From assembly GCA_039189765.1 (NCBI GenBank), contig JBCCYL010000019.1, positions 22,038 through 86,037 on the forward strand: a stretch of DNA of 64,000 nt, given 5' to 3'. The DNA is from Cyanobacteria bacterium P01_F01_bin.150 (lineage in GTDB: Bacteria > Cyanobacteriota > Cyanobacteriia > CAKZMO01). Of this stretch, positions 51,207 to 59,284 are shown piece after piece (the first letter of the stretch is position 1; each line of letters starts with the position of its first letter). The notes below the pieces were generated by a model that was not told where the DNA came from, did not search any database, and was given only the letters and a program-made list of their open reading frames with translations. The translations under genes were made by a program, and so were the position numbers.

Positions 51207-52427
51207 ATGACATCTACAACAACTGACACAAGCAATACTCTCTCAAAAAATACAGCGCCTTCATTTAACTGGTTCTTTTCTCTAAAATTGGCAGTTCTCT
51301 TCTTTTTATCAAGACTGCGCTTTATGCATAGCCTATTACCGTCTAGGATTCGAGAAGAATTACCAACTGGATGGAACTATAAAATGTTCTGGACAGCCTT
51401 TTCTACGGGAGGAAACAAGATATATTTTGACTTGTACTGTCGAACCAAAGAACCTCAAAACTATAAGCCAAAAGCCAACGTTACAGTACCTGACTTTCAA
51501 TTGACAGAAGAGCAGATCAAGTTTTTTCATGACAATGGCTATGTTGGACCCTTTGATCTGTTGTCTCCAGATGAAGTCAATGAGTTCAGAGAATACTGTT
51601 TCGACGTCCTGAATAAAGAGTCTCAGGTCTATAATCTCAGCCAAGGGGACTACTACTTCCAAGATGGAAAGAAACAAAATTCCTTATTGGGCGGCTATGA
51701 TGAACTCACAGATGAAGCAAAGAGCTACTTTGTTGAGCGGATAAATTTAGTGGATCGACATCTTGATAGTCCAAAGCTTTTACAGTTAATAAAGCGTCCA
51801 GAAATTATTGAGCGTTGTGCTCAAATTTTAGGAGAGAACCTGATTACTTGGCGTAGTCAATTTTTTACTAAGGAAGCTCACAAAGATGGGACGCCTTGGC
51901 ATCAGGCTAACGTTTGGTTCTTTGATAATTTCAAAGAACCAATTGTTCATTTAGCCGATGTGGAAGAAATTTCCCAATTGACCTTCTGGGTTGCAATCAC
52001 TGATGTAGATAAGAAAAGCGGTTGTATGAAAGTCATTCCAGGTTCACACAAAGAAATCTATCCAATTAACATCGATCAGTCTGGGGTTAATAGCCTTTAC
52101 GGATTTATTGGAGGATCTATAGACTATCCAACAGAGACTTCTCCTATAGACTATATCGAGATGAAAGCTGGACAATTCTTCTTGTTTAGTGAGCGAGTTA
52201 TTCATGGTTCTGTCCGAAATTCAACCGATGAGTTTGGCTTGGCGGTAAACTGTCGCGTTACGCGGACAGACACTCAAATTCACAATCATAAAGTGCTAAA
52301 AAAGGGAGCCTTCAGCATAGATATCTATGGGCTTGATCTTGGCCTTAGGAAATGGAGTACAGTCTTGTTGCGTGGTAAGGATGAATACGGCCTCAATCGT
52401 CTCTATCAAGACGAAAAAGAAGCCTAA
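51207..52427 (+). CDS. Non-heme Fe(II)/2-oxoglutarate halogenase-like enzyme (SyrB2/BarB/CytC3 family, PhyH fold)
   Basis: DRHLD...RPEI..R...ILG.NL..WR..FF.K...GT.WHQA: HxA (codons 51900-51908) replaces HxD/E; LTFWVAITD, GCMKVIPGSH, MKAGQFFLF and distal IHGS. Confidence 0.8.
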   Translation: MTSTTTDTSNTLSKNTAPSFNWFFSLKLAVLFFLSRLRFMHSLLPSRIREELPTGWNYKMFWTAFSTGGNKIYFDLYCRTKEPQNYKPKANVTVPDFQLTEEQIKFFHDNGYVGPFDLLSPDEVNEFREYCFDVLNKESQVYNLSQGDYYFQDGKKQNSLLGGYDELTDEAKSYFVERINLVDRHLDSPKLLQLIKRPEIIERCAQILGENLITWRSQFFTKEAHKDGTPWHQANVWFFDNFKEPIVHLADVEEISQLTFWVAITDVDKKSGCMKVIPGSHKEIYPINIDQSGVNSLYGFIGGSIDYPTETSPIDYIEMKAGQFFLFSERVIHGSVRNSTDEFGLAVNCRVTRTDTQIHNHKVLKKGAFSIDIYGLDLGLRKWSTVLLRGKDEYGLNRLYQDEKEA

Positions 52428-52471
52428 GTATCATCTTTTTCAAAAGAATCACATAATTTTTGGAGGTATCA

Positions 52472-53317
52472 ATGCCGGATAAAGAGCCCATCACAATTAT
52501 TCGTGATCTACCGCCTGGTTTTTCTAAAACTTTGGCACAAGAAATTTCTCAAGCAACATCTTTACAGTGGCTCAATCAGGTCTTTAAGATCTACACCAAC
52601 CCACCGCCTAGCATGATTCCACTCTTTAACAAAAGTGGAGATGCATCTCAAATCCTTATAGAAGAGTGTAATGCAGTGCCCACTTCCGAGATGAAGAAGT
52701 TACCCATAATGCATTCATTTCTCAACCGCTCTGGTCTTTCTTTGCTATTAGTTCGCCTAATTAAGTTGGCTCCAGGTGCACGTGTTATTGAGCATCTAGA
52801 CTACTGTGACTTGTATGGGCCAGAGAAGGTTAGACTACATATCCCTATCGTAACGACTCCTGATTGTCGTGCATTTTTTCAAGGTAGAGCAGTGCATCTG
52901 AGTCCAGATGCCATCTGGATGTTTCGCCCCAACACTTCCGTTCATGCTTATTTAAATGGCAGTATAACAAGACTTCACTTGATAATAGATGCATACGTAG
53001 ACGACGAATTACGTCATGAAATCGAGAACGGTTATTTACCGCAAAAAAACGTTGAACTCCTACCCAAAGCTTCTTCAATAACATATGAAAAACTGCTGAA
53101 TACAGCAGAGTATTTAGTCACTGAGAATCAACATGAACTAGCAGAAGAATTACTACTTAGAACCATTTTCAAATATGACCAGCCATCAGGCTTTACACTT
53201 GACTTAATTATACGTTTGTACAAGAAATGTGGTGTTCCTGAAAAAATCGAAGAATGGAAGGCTAGAAAAGCCCAGCTTCTACGCCAACCAAAAGTCAATG
53301 CATTACAAAGGTATTAA
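52472..53317 (+). CDS. Asp/Asn beta-hydroxylase-like Fe/2OG oxygenase with a helical C-terminal extension
   Basis: RLIKLAPGARVIEHLD (HxD), RLHIPIVT and VHAYLN...RLHLIID; GGAGG RBS at 52462-52466. Confidence 0.8.
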   Translation: MPDKEPITIIRDLPPGFSKTLAQEISQATSLQWLNQVFKIYTNPPPSMIPLFNKSGDASQILIEECNAVPTSEMKKLPIMHSFLNRSGLSLLLVRLIKLAPGARVIEHLDYCDLYGPEKVRLHIPIVTTPDCRAFFQGRAVHLSPDAIWMFRPNTSVHAYLNGSITRLHLIIDAYVDDELRHEIENGYLPQKNVELLPKASSITYEKLLNTAEYLVTENQHELAEELLLRTIFKYDQPSGFTLDLIIRLYKKCGVPEKIEEWKARKAQLLRQPKVNALQRY

Positions 53318-53344
53318 ATTCGTTTCGCTAGAATACCTCTGAAT

Positions 53345-53424
53345 GGATTTCATTTTAAGGCGAAGCAAAGTTAACAGTAGTGGGGACGATTCACGACCCC
53401 ACTACTGTCCTAAAGTTGAACCCC
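53345..53424 (-). repeat. ~80-bp dispersed element (family A) inside the biosynthetic cluster
   Basis: Reverse complement: GGGGTTCAACTTTAGGACAGTAGTGGGG...CCCCACTACTGTTAACTTTGCTTCGCCTTAAAATGAAATCC. Confidence 0.8.
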
Positions 53425-53477
53425 ACTGAAGAATATTTAATAGAAGTCTGTGCTGTTCATTATGTATTTGTGTAATT

Positions 53478-54662
53478 ATGCCCCATTCTTCAATGATTTC
53501 ATCGCCACCCCTACCGCAAAAAGCTCGATTCTTAGCACCTGAATATCATCAATACATCCAAAACATAGAGTCATTTCTAAAAAGCCTTTGCGTTCAATCG
53601 AATCAACTCGATCGTGATCCTAATAAATTACGGCGGGCTTTTAATCGATTAGGAGAAGTTGGACTTTTAGGTATCAACGGTCCACAGCAATGGGGTGGTA
53701 AGCAGTTACCCTCATCTGCATTTTGCCGAGTTCAAGAAATAATGTCTCGTTACTCGGGAGCATTGGCGTTTGTCCAAAATCAGCATCAAAATGCAGTGTC
53801 AAAAATTTCTGACTCTACTAATAAGGAACTTAAGAGACGTTATCTTTCTAATGCTATTCAGGGTCAAATAGGCATTGGAGTTGCTTTTTCCCATCTGCGT
53901 CGGCTTGATCAGCCGTGCATGGGCGCTGAACCTGTTTCGGGAGGCTACCGCATCAGTGGTCAAACGCCTTGGATAACAGGGTATGGTTTTTTTCAATTCT
54001 TTATTCTGGCCGCTACCTTGCCTGACCGGCAAGTACTGTTAGGATTGTTGCCCTTTGACTCGATTAAGCACCATGATGGAAGTATTACTCTCAGCGAACC
54101 CATGAGACTCGCCTCTATGACATCTACGAATACAGTCCAAGCCTCTCTAAAGCAGTGGTTTCTACCAACTAAAAACGTTATTGGCTTTAAGGATAAAGAT
54201 TGGATTCACCAAAGCGATCGCATCAACATACTCAATCATTTCTTTATTGTGGGCTGTGCTCGTGCAGGCTTGGATGTTCTAGAAAAGGCATCACATAAAC
54301 CCTATGCATCGTCCCATATTCGTTCAGCTTGGGCTGCGTTGGATCAACGCCTTAACCAATGTTGTCAGCAAATTTATCAAGCTCAAGTCCAGGCTGAAGC
54401 TCTCAAAAATGAAGGCATTGAGGGCAAAGATCTGGATCAGCATGTACAGTATTTTATTCAACTTCGAGCACAAGCGATTGACTTGGCTGCTCGTTGTGCC
54501 CATGCTGCTGTCATTGTGTCACGGGGCGCGGCTAATGTTCTCGATCATCCTGCTCAACGAATTTATAGGGAATCACTTGCATTCAGTGTGTTTGGTCAAA
54601 CGCCCCCTGTGATGGAGGCTAGCCTTGCTCAGCTTGTACAGCTAAGCAGTTCTATAGATTGA
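53478..54662 (+). CDS. Acyl-CoA dehydrogenase-family flavoprotein
   Basis: LGEVGLLGI..P.QWGG, SGALAFVQNQH, YRISGQTPWITG and HPAQRIYRE. Confidence 0.85.
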   Translation: MPHSSMISSPPLPQKARFLAPEYHQYIQNIESFLKSLCVQSNQLDRDPNKLRRAFNRLGEVGLLGINGPQQWGGKQLPSSAFCRVQEIMSRYSGALAFVQNQHQNAVSKISDSTNKELKRRYLSNAIQGQIGIGVAFSHLRRLDQPCMGAEPVSGGYRISGQTPWITGYGFFQFFILAATLPDRQVLLGLLPFDSIKHHDGSITLSEPMRLASMTSTNTVQASLKQWFLPTKNVIGFKDKDWIHQSDRINILNHFFIVGCARAGLDVLEKASHKPYASSHIRSAWAALDQRLNQCCQQIYQAQVQAEALKNEGIEGKDLDQHVQYFIQLRAQAIDLAARCAHAAVIVSRGAANVLDHPAQRIYRESLAFSVFGQTPPVMEASLAQLVQLSSSID

Positions 54663-54675
54663 TGAGGCGATCGCC

Positions 54676-55401
54676 ATGAATATCCAGCTACCTGATACTT
54701 GGACCCATGACAAAATCTATACTCACCGATATCAAACCCCCAACCAAATTGCTGAGGTGATTGACGAGTTAAGATTAGCAGAAGCTGGCAATCTTCTGGA
54801 TATGGGTTGTGGAAATGGGGCTTTCGCCATAGCTGCATCTCAGCGTTTTCCAGATTGCCAAATCATTGCAATTGATCCGCTTCCGTCAGCAGTTGAAGAA
54901 TGTCAAAAGCGAGTTATGCAGGCCAAGCTACAGAACATATTCATCCAGAAATCTTCTATAGAATGCATTCCCTTGAAGGACAATTGTGTTGATCGTCTTT
55001 TGATGCGTAACGTTATTCATCATTTAGATAATATTGAGCTTGCCTTAAAGGAAGCCTGTCGTGTGCTTTCACCCAATGGACGCATTTTACTTGAAGCACC
55101 TTGTAATATCGGAAGCATACCGTTAGCCCAACTTCTTAGCGATATTTATTTCAAAATGGATGCATCCCACCGACGGACCTTTCATACGCCAAAGTTCATT
55201 TCATCTGTCCTAGATATTTATGAAGTCAAGCACCAATCACAAAAGATATGGCAACGTTCCTCAATCATGTCATCTCAGGTAGTTTCCCTAATTCATCAGT
55301 CTCACATGGCAGATCAATTAAATCTACAGAACAATGAAGACGGCAAGTGGATTATTAAGCTGAATTTTATGAGAATCCTTGCTCAAAAGATCTGTCCGTG
55401 A
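54676..55401 (+). CDS. Class I SAM-dependent methyltransferase
   Basis: LLDMGCGNG motif I, AIDP, IPLKDNCVD, VIHH and EACRVLSPNG. Confidence 0.88.
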   Translation: MNIQLPDTWTHDKIYTHRYQTPNQIAEVIDELRLAEAGNLLDMGCGNGAFAIAASQRFPDCQIIAIDPLPSAVEECQKRVMQAKLQNIFIQKSSIECIPLKDNCVDRLLMRNVIHHLDNIELALKEACRVLSPNGRILLEAPCNIGSIPLAQLLSDIYFKMDASHRRTFHTPKFISSVLDIYEVKHQSQKIWQRSSIMSSQVVSLIHQSHMADQLNLQNNEDGKWIIKLNFMRILAQKICP

Positions 55402-55554
55402 TAGTTCTCAGCAAAGAATCCGTGGACAACCGTCTACTCAAAGCTAGTCCATTTGCTCTATAAAATATAGATATTTACAACTCATTGAAGGGCACTCTAG
55501 AGAAAACATAGGCAAATGGGCAAACAAGACCTGGTACCCTCTGGAGGAGACTCA

Positions 55555-56475
55555 ATGACGCTGCCAAATTTTTTAATTATTGGGGTTCAAAAAGCTGGAA
55601 CTTCATCTATCTATGAATACCTCAAGCAACACCCCGATGTCTACATGAGTCCACTCAAAGAAACCAACTTTTTATCACGGGATTGGAGTTTAGAGGAACC
55701 AGATAAACAAAAACAGCGTAATGAACGATTGCGGAACCAAGGACGTCGAGAATGTATTGACTCCATTGAAAAATATCGAGAACTGTTCGATGGGGTAACT
55801 ACTGAAACTGCCATTGGTGAGGCGTCACCCAACTATTTATTTCGTCCCCAGGCGATCGCCCAAATTAAGAAATACGTTCCTGAAGCTAAACTAATCGCTA
55901 TTTTACGTAATCCGGTAGAACGGGCCTACTCAGATTATCTCATGCATATGCGAGAAGAAATCCAGGGCAAACCTTTATCCGAGCAAATTGCCTGCTATCA
56001 CCAACATCAGTCTTTTACTATCCTCAAGGGTTTTTATAGCCAACAATTAAGACTCTATTGGCAACAGTTTGACTCTAGAAAAATTAAAGTTTATCTCTAC
56101 GATGATCTTTGTGCTGATCCAATAAGAATGATACAGGATATGTATGATTTTATTGGAGTAGACTCATCATTTCAGGTGGATATATCTCAGCGCAAGCAGG
56201 TGGCTAAAGTACCAAAAAATCGATGGTTTAATCAGTTGTTACGGACTCAAAATCCCATCCGAACTACTGCTGCTGCCGCATTAAAGCAATTACTGCCAGA
56301 AATTACTCGACAGCAGATTCGAACTCAACTAATCAATTGGAATTCTCAAGATAAAAGGCAAGTTTCACTATTGACTACAGGGGATCGACAGCAGCTCTTA
56401 GAAATTTACCGCAATGATATTCAAGAGCTTCAGGATTTAATTAATCGCGACCTATCCCAGTGGCTTACGGCATAA
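55555..56475 (+). CDS. Sulfotransferase (PAPS-dependent)
   Basis: 5'-PSB loop IIGVQKAGTSS, KETNF, GEASPNY and ILRNPVERAYS; GGAGGA RBS upstream. Confidence 0.92.
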   Translation: MTLPNFLIIGVQKAGTSSIYEYLKQHPDVYMSPLKETNFLSRDWSLEEPDKQKQRNERLRNQGRRECIDSIEKYRELFDGVTTETAIGEASPNYLFRPQAIAQIKKYVPEAKLIAILRNPVERAYSDYLMHMREEIQGKPLSEQIACYHQHQSFTILKGFYSQQLRLYWQQFDSRKIKVYLYDDLCADPIRMIQDMYDFIGVDSSFQVDISQRKQVAKVPKNRWFNQLLRTQNPIRTTAAAALKQLLPEITRQQIRTQLINWNSQDKRQVSLLTTGDRQQLLEIYRNDIQELQDLINRDLSQWLTA

Positions 56476-56700
56476 TTAAAGAAATCTTTCAGTATTTTAT
56501 ATGCCTTATTTTGGGGGATCAGATGATCAGATTATATAGAGTGTTGACTCTCAAACAATACACTATCATCAAAAACTTTAAATGTTTAGAATTATTTTTT
56601 ACGCCCATAAAAACTTGCATTCATAGGTCATTATAGGCATAAAAAATCGCCATAAACGTCAACCAATAGCTTCTAACAGGAGAAAAATAAGCTAATGACT

Positions 56701-56868
56701 GGGTATCAACTTTAGACCAGTAGTGTGGGTGCAATGCGCCCACACTACTATTAATTTTGTTTCGTTTTAAAACGAAACCCCGCTACAGGATTCCAACGAT
56801 AAGGCGGAACGAATTTGCGGAAAATGGGGGGGCATCATGCCCCTATTTTTCATTTTATGTTGTTACCT
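56701..56868. repeat. Two family A elements, tail to tail
   Basis: Plus-strand copy at 56701-56780 (GGGTATCAACTTTAG...GTTTCGTTTTAAAACGAAACCC) and minus-strand copy at 56788-56868, which resembles the 45818 subtype. Confidence 0.8.
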
Positions 56869-57196
56869 ACGCCACAAAACAGTATAAAATACTACTATTG
56901 AACCGAAATTTAAATGGAGAAAAAAGAGACGATATGGGCGTGCATCTCACTAAAACCATTGTGATAGGATGTTGGTTGGCTAAAATTTTGGTGATTTTAG
57001 GCTCCTGGGAATCATTTAAAACTTTTAATGCTGAAGCTACAATAGATAAGGGATCCCTTATCTATTGTCAGTTGGCAGAGGCGTGTTCTTCAGAAAAATC
57101 TAAAAATCTAGCTCAATTTATAGATTCAGAATCAACTATAGATAAGTATCCTCAAAAAACTACAACCTAACCTAGTCTTAGAATGGTTCTCTAATA

Positions 57197-57257
57197 TTCA
57201 AAAGTTCAACGTTCGCATCTAAAAAGTCTCTTTAGATGCGAACGTTGAACTTTTGAA
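57197..57257. repeat. Perfect 27-bp inverted repeat
   Basis: TTCAAAAGTTCAACGTTCGCATCTAAA-AAGTCTC-TTTAGATGCGAACGTTGAACTTTTGAA. Confidence 0.85.
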
Positions 57258-57298
57258 CTGGGTATTTTAGTGAGCGTCTAATTTTAATATATCTTACA

Positions 57299-57468
57299 GG
57301 TTCCGTTTTGGCTTAAAACTTAAGCCGAGGAAAATCTAATGGGAAATTGGGGTGCGAAGCACCCCAATTTCCTGCCCTAAAATACAAGTCTCCATTTTAA
57401 TATGAAACAACATTAACGATGATGGGGAGAGTGCCCCACACCACCCTAACTACCTAGAGTAAATGCTC
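57299..57468 (-). repeat. Two degenerate family A-like elements
   Basis: Central hairpin GGAAATTGGGGTGC-GAA-GCACCCCAATTTCC (~57342-57372) and a second copy at 57388-57468 with GTTAATGTTGTTTCATATTAAAATG on the minus strand. Confidence 0.55.
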
Positions 57469-57648
57469 TAATTTATCTCTAAATCAATATAAAAAATAGC
57501 TAAAATTAAGTGCATATTTATACCGAAAATTGTTAGTTAGTTATGGATATACGGGAATATTGAAAATAAGATATGAACATCATGAACTGATATTATTCCT
57601 TAGACATGGTGTTTTCAGGGACTGCATTATAAAGGAATCGAATTTAAG

Positions 57649-58221
57649 ATGATTCAAGATTTGGAGCTGATCACCACCTTTATGGAAAAATCCTTGAAAA
57701 AGGAAAATGTGGAATATAGAAGTAATCACTTGAAAGCCCATACTATTTGCAATAATAATCAACTCTTGGCAAAAAATGAAGGTATTGTTGCAGCTATTCA
57801 TTTAACCCAAGATCCATTATGTTTTATAGTCAAACTCCGCTCTTTATATTGGGAACTTATTAACGAGATGTTAATGGATAAAAGCTTTATCCCATTAGAG
57901 AGTAAAAGTGGCATTGACTTTTATCGATATCAGCACTGTGCCATTCCCCAAGCCTATGAAATCTATTGCACTAACCCTCGCCAGTTATGGCAACAATGGT
58001 GGATAAAGAGTCGAAATCAAAAGAGTTCTTTTTTTGCTTTTGATTTTCTCATTCGTACTCGTAATGCCTGGTATCCAGTGCAAGATATCATTATTGAGAA
58101 GCAGTCAATTAGTATAAAAACCTTGGGGTCTGCAATCCCTCTTATCGAGACAGACATAGTGATATGGCTACAAAAAAAGTTATACCAACGACAACTACCT
58201 ACACGACCCATGCAACACTGA
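57649..58221 (+). CDS. Hypothetical protein
   Basis: 190-aa ORF with ATG start and protein-like composition (LWQQWW, WYPVQDI); no function recognised. Confidence 0.7.
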   Translation: MIQDLELITTFMEKSLKKENVEYRSNHLKAHTICNNNQLLAKNEGIVAAIHLTQDPLCFIVKLRSLYWELINEMLMDKSFIPLESKSGIDFYRYQHCAIPQAYEIYCTNPRQLWQQWWIKSRNQKSSFFAFDFLIRTRNAWYPVQDIIIEKQSISIKTLGSAIPLIETDIVIWLQKKLYQRQLPTRPMQH

Positions 58222-58351
58222 CGTCATCGTCCGACAAGCATCAAGACTGTTTGCCTCCAGTCTAAAGGAATCCCATTCTATTCCAGGGCAAGGTGCTCCA
58301 CCTTATAATGATTTGGTCGCCTCTTACACGTTTAGAGTTAGGGTTGCCATT

Positions 58352-59284
58352 ATGCATCAATCTACCCAAAATTCTGCTCTTCGTATTCCTGCCCCACTGC
58401 AATTAGGCGATCGCCTCTGTGTCATATCTCCTAGTGGCACTTTACGAGAAAGGGAAGCCTTTGATGCAGGAATTAAAATTTGGCAAGACCAAGGCTATCA
58501 AATTGATTATGCAGAAGGCTATGATAGCCGCTGGGGCTATCTAGCAGGAACAGATAAAGAAAGGCGATCGCAACTACAGCAAGCATGGATAAATCCTGAC
58601 TGCAAAGGCATCCTCTGTTCACGGGGTGGTTACGGAGGCAGTCGCTTACTCGAACAGTGGCAGTGGCCCGCTAAAGCAAACGACGGAAGTCCTCTATCTG
58701 CTAAATGGATCATTGGATTCTCTGATATCACCAGCCTGTTGTGGAGTCTCTATATCCATGGCATTTCTGGCGTTCATGGTCCCTTATTGACAACGTTATG
58801 CCATGAACCGGAGTGGTCAATACAGCGATTATTTGCATGGGTAGAGGGGCGTTTCTCCACAATGCCAGCTCTTGAAGGAGACGGCTGGATAGGTGGCCAA
58901 GCATCCGGTCTTTTATTGCCCGCTAATTTAACTGTTGCCACGCATCTTTTAGGAACTTCATTGCAGCCTAATTTGGATGGGGTAATTCTAGCCTTAGAAG
59001 ATGTGGGAGAAGCACCCTATCGTATTGATCGCATGCTAACCCAGTGGCGAATGATGGGAGCTTTAGAAAAAATTAAAGGCATTGCCCTGGGGCGTTTCAG
59101 CAAATGTAAAGGGTCAGAAAGGATTCCAAGCTTAACAATCGAAGAAGTGTTGCGCGATCGCCTCTGTGACCTAAATATTCCCATCGTGGCCAATCTTCCC
59201 TTTGGCCACGATGGAGTCAACGCTGCGCTGCCTGTAGGTGTGCAAGCCACTTTAGACGGTACTACAGGGCAACTAAAGTTTTAA
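58352..59284 (+). CDS. ldcA: LD-carboxypeptidase (peptidase S66)
   Basis: [34 protein letters not shown] and PFGH. Confidence 0.92.
   Translation: MHQSTQNSALRIPAPLQLGDRLCVISPSGTLREREAFDAGIKIWQDQGYQIDYAEGYDSRWGYLAGTDKERRSQLQQAWINPDCKGILCSRGGYGGSRLLEQWQWPAKANDGSPLSAKWIIGFSDITSLLWSLYIHGISGVHGPLLTTLCHEPEWSIQRLFAWVEGRFSTMPALEGDGWIGGQASGLLLPANLTVATHLLGTSLQPNLDGVILALEDVGEAPYRIDRMLTQWRMMGALEKIKGIALGRFSKCKGSERIPSLTIEEVLRDRLCDLNIPIVANLPFGHDGVNAALPVGVQATLDGTTGQLKF

Noticed and set aside
56757..57170. 137-aa ORF after the sulfotransferase
   Set aside because: It starts at a TTG inside family A repeats and has no recognisable motif; probably spurious.
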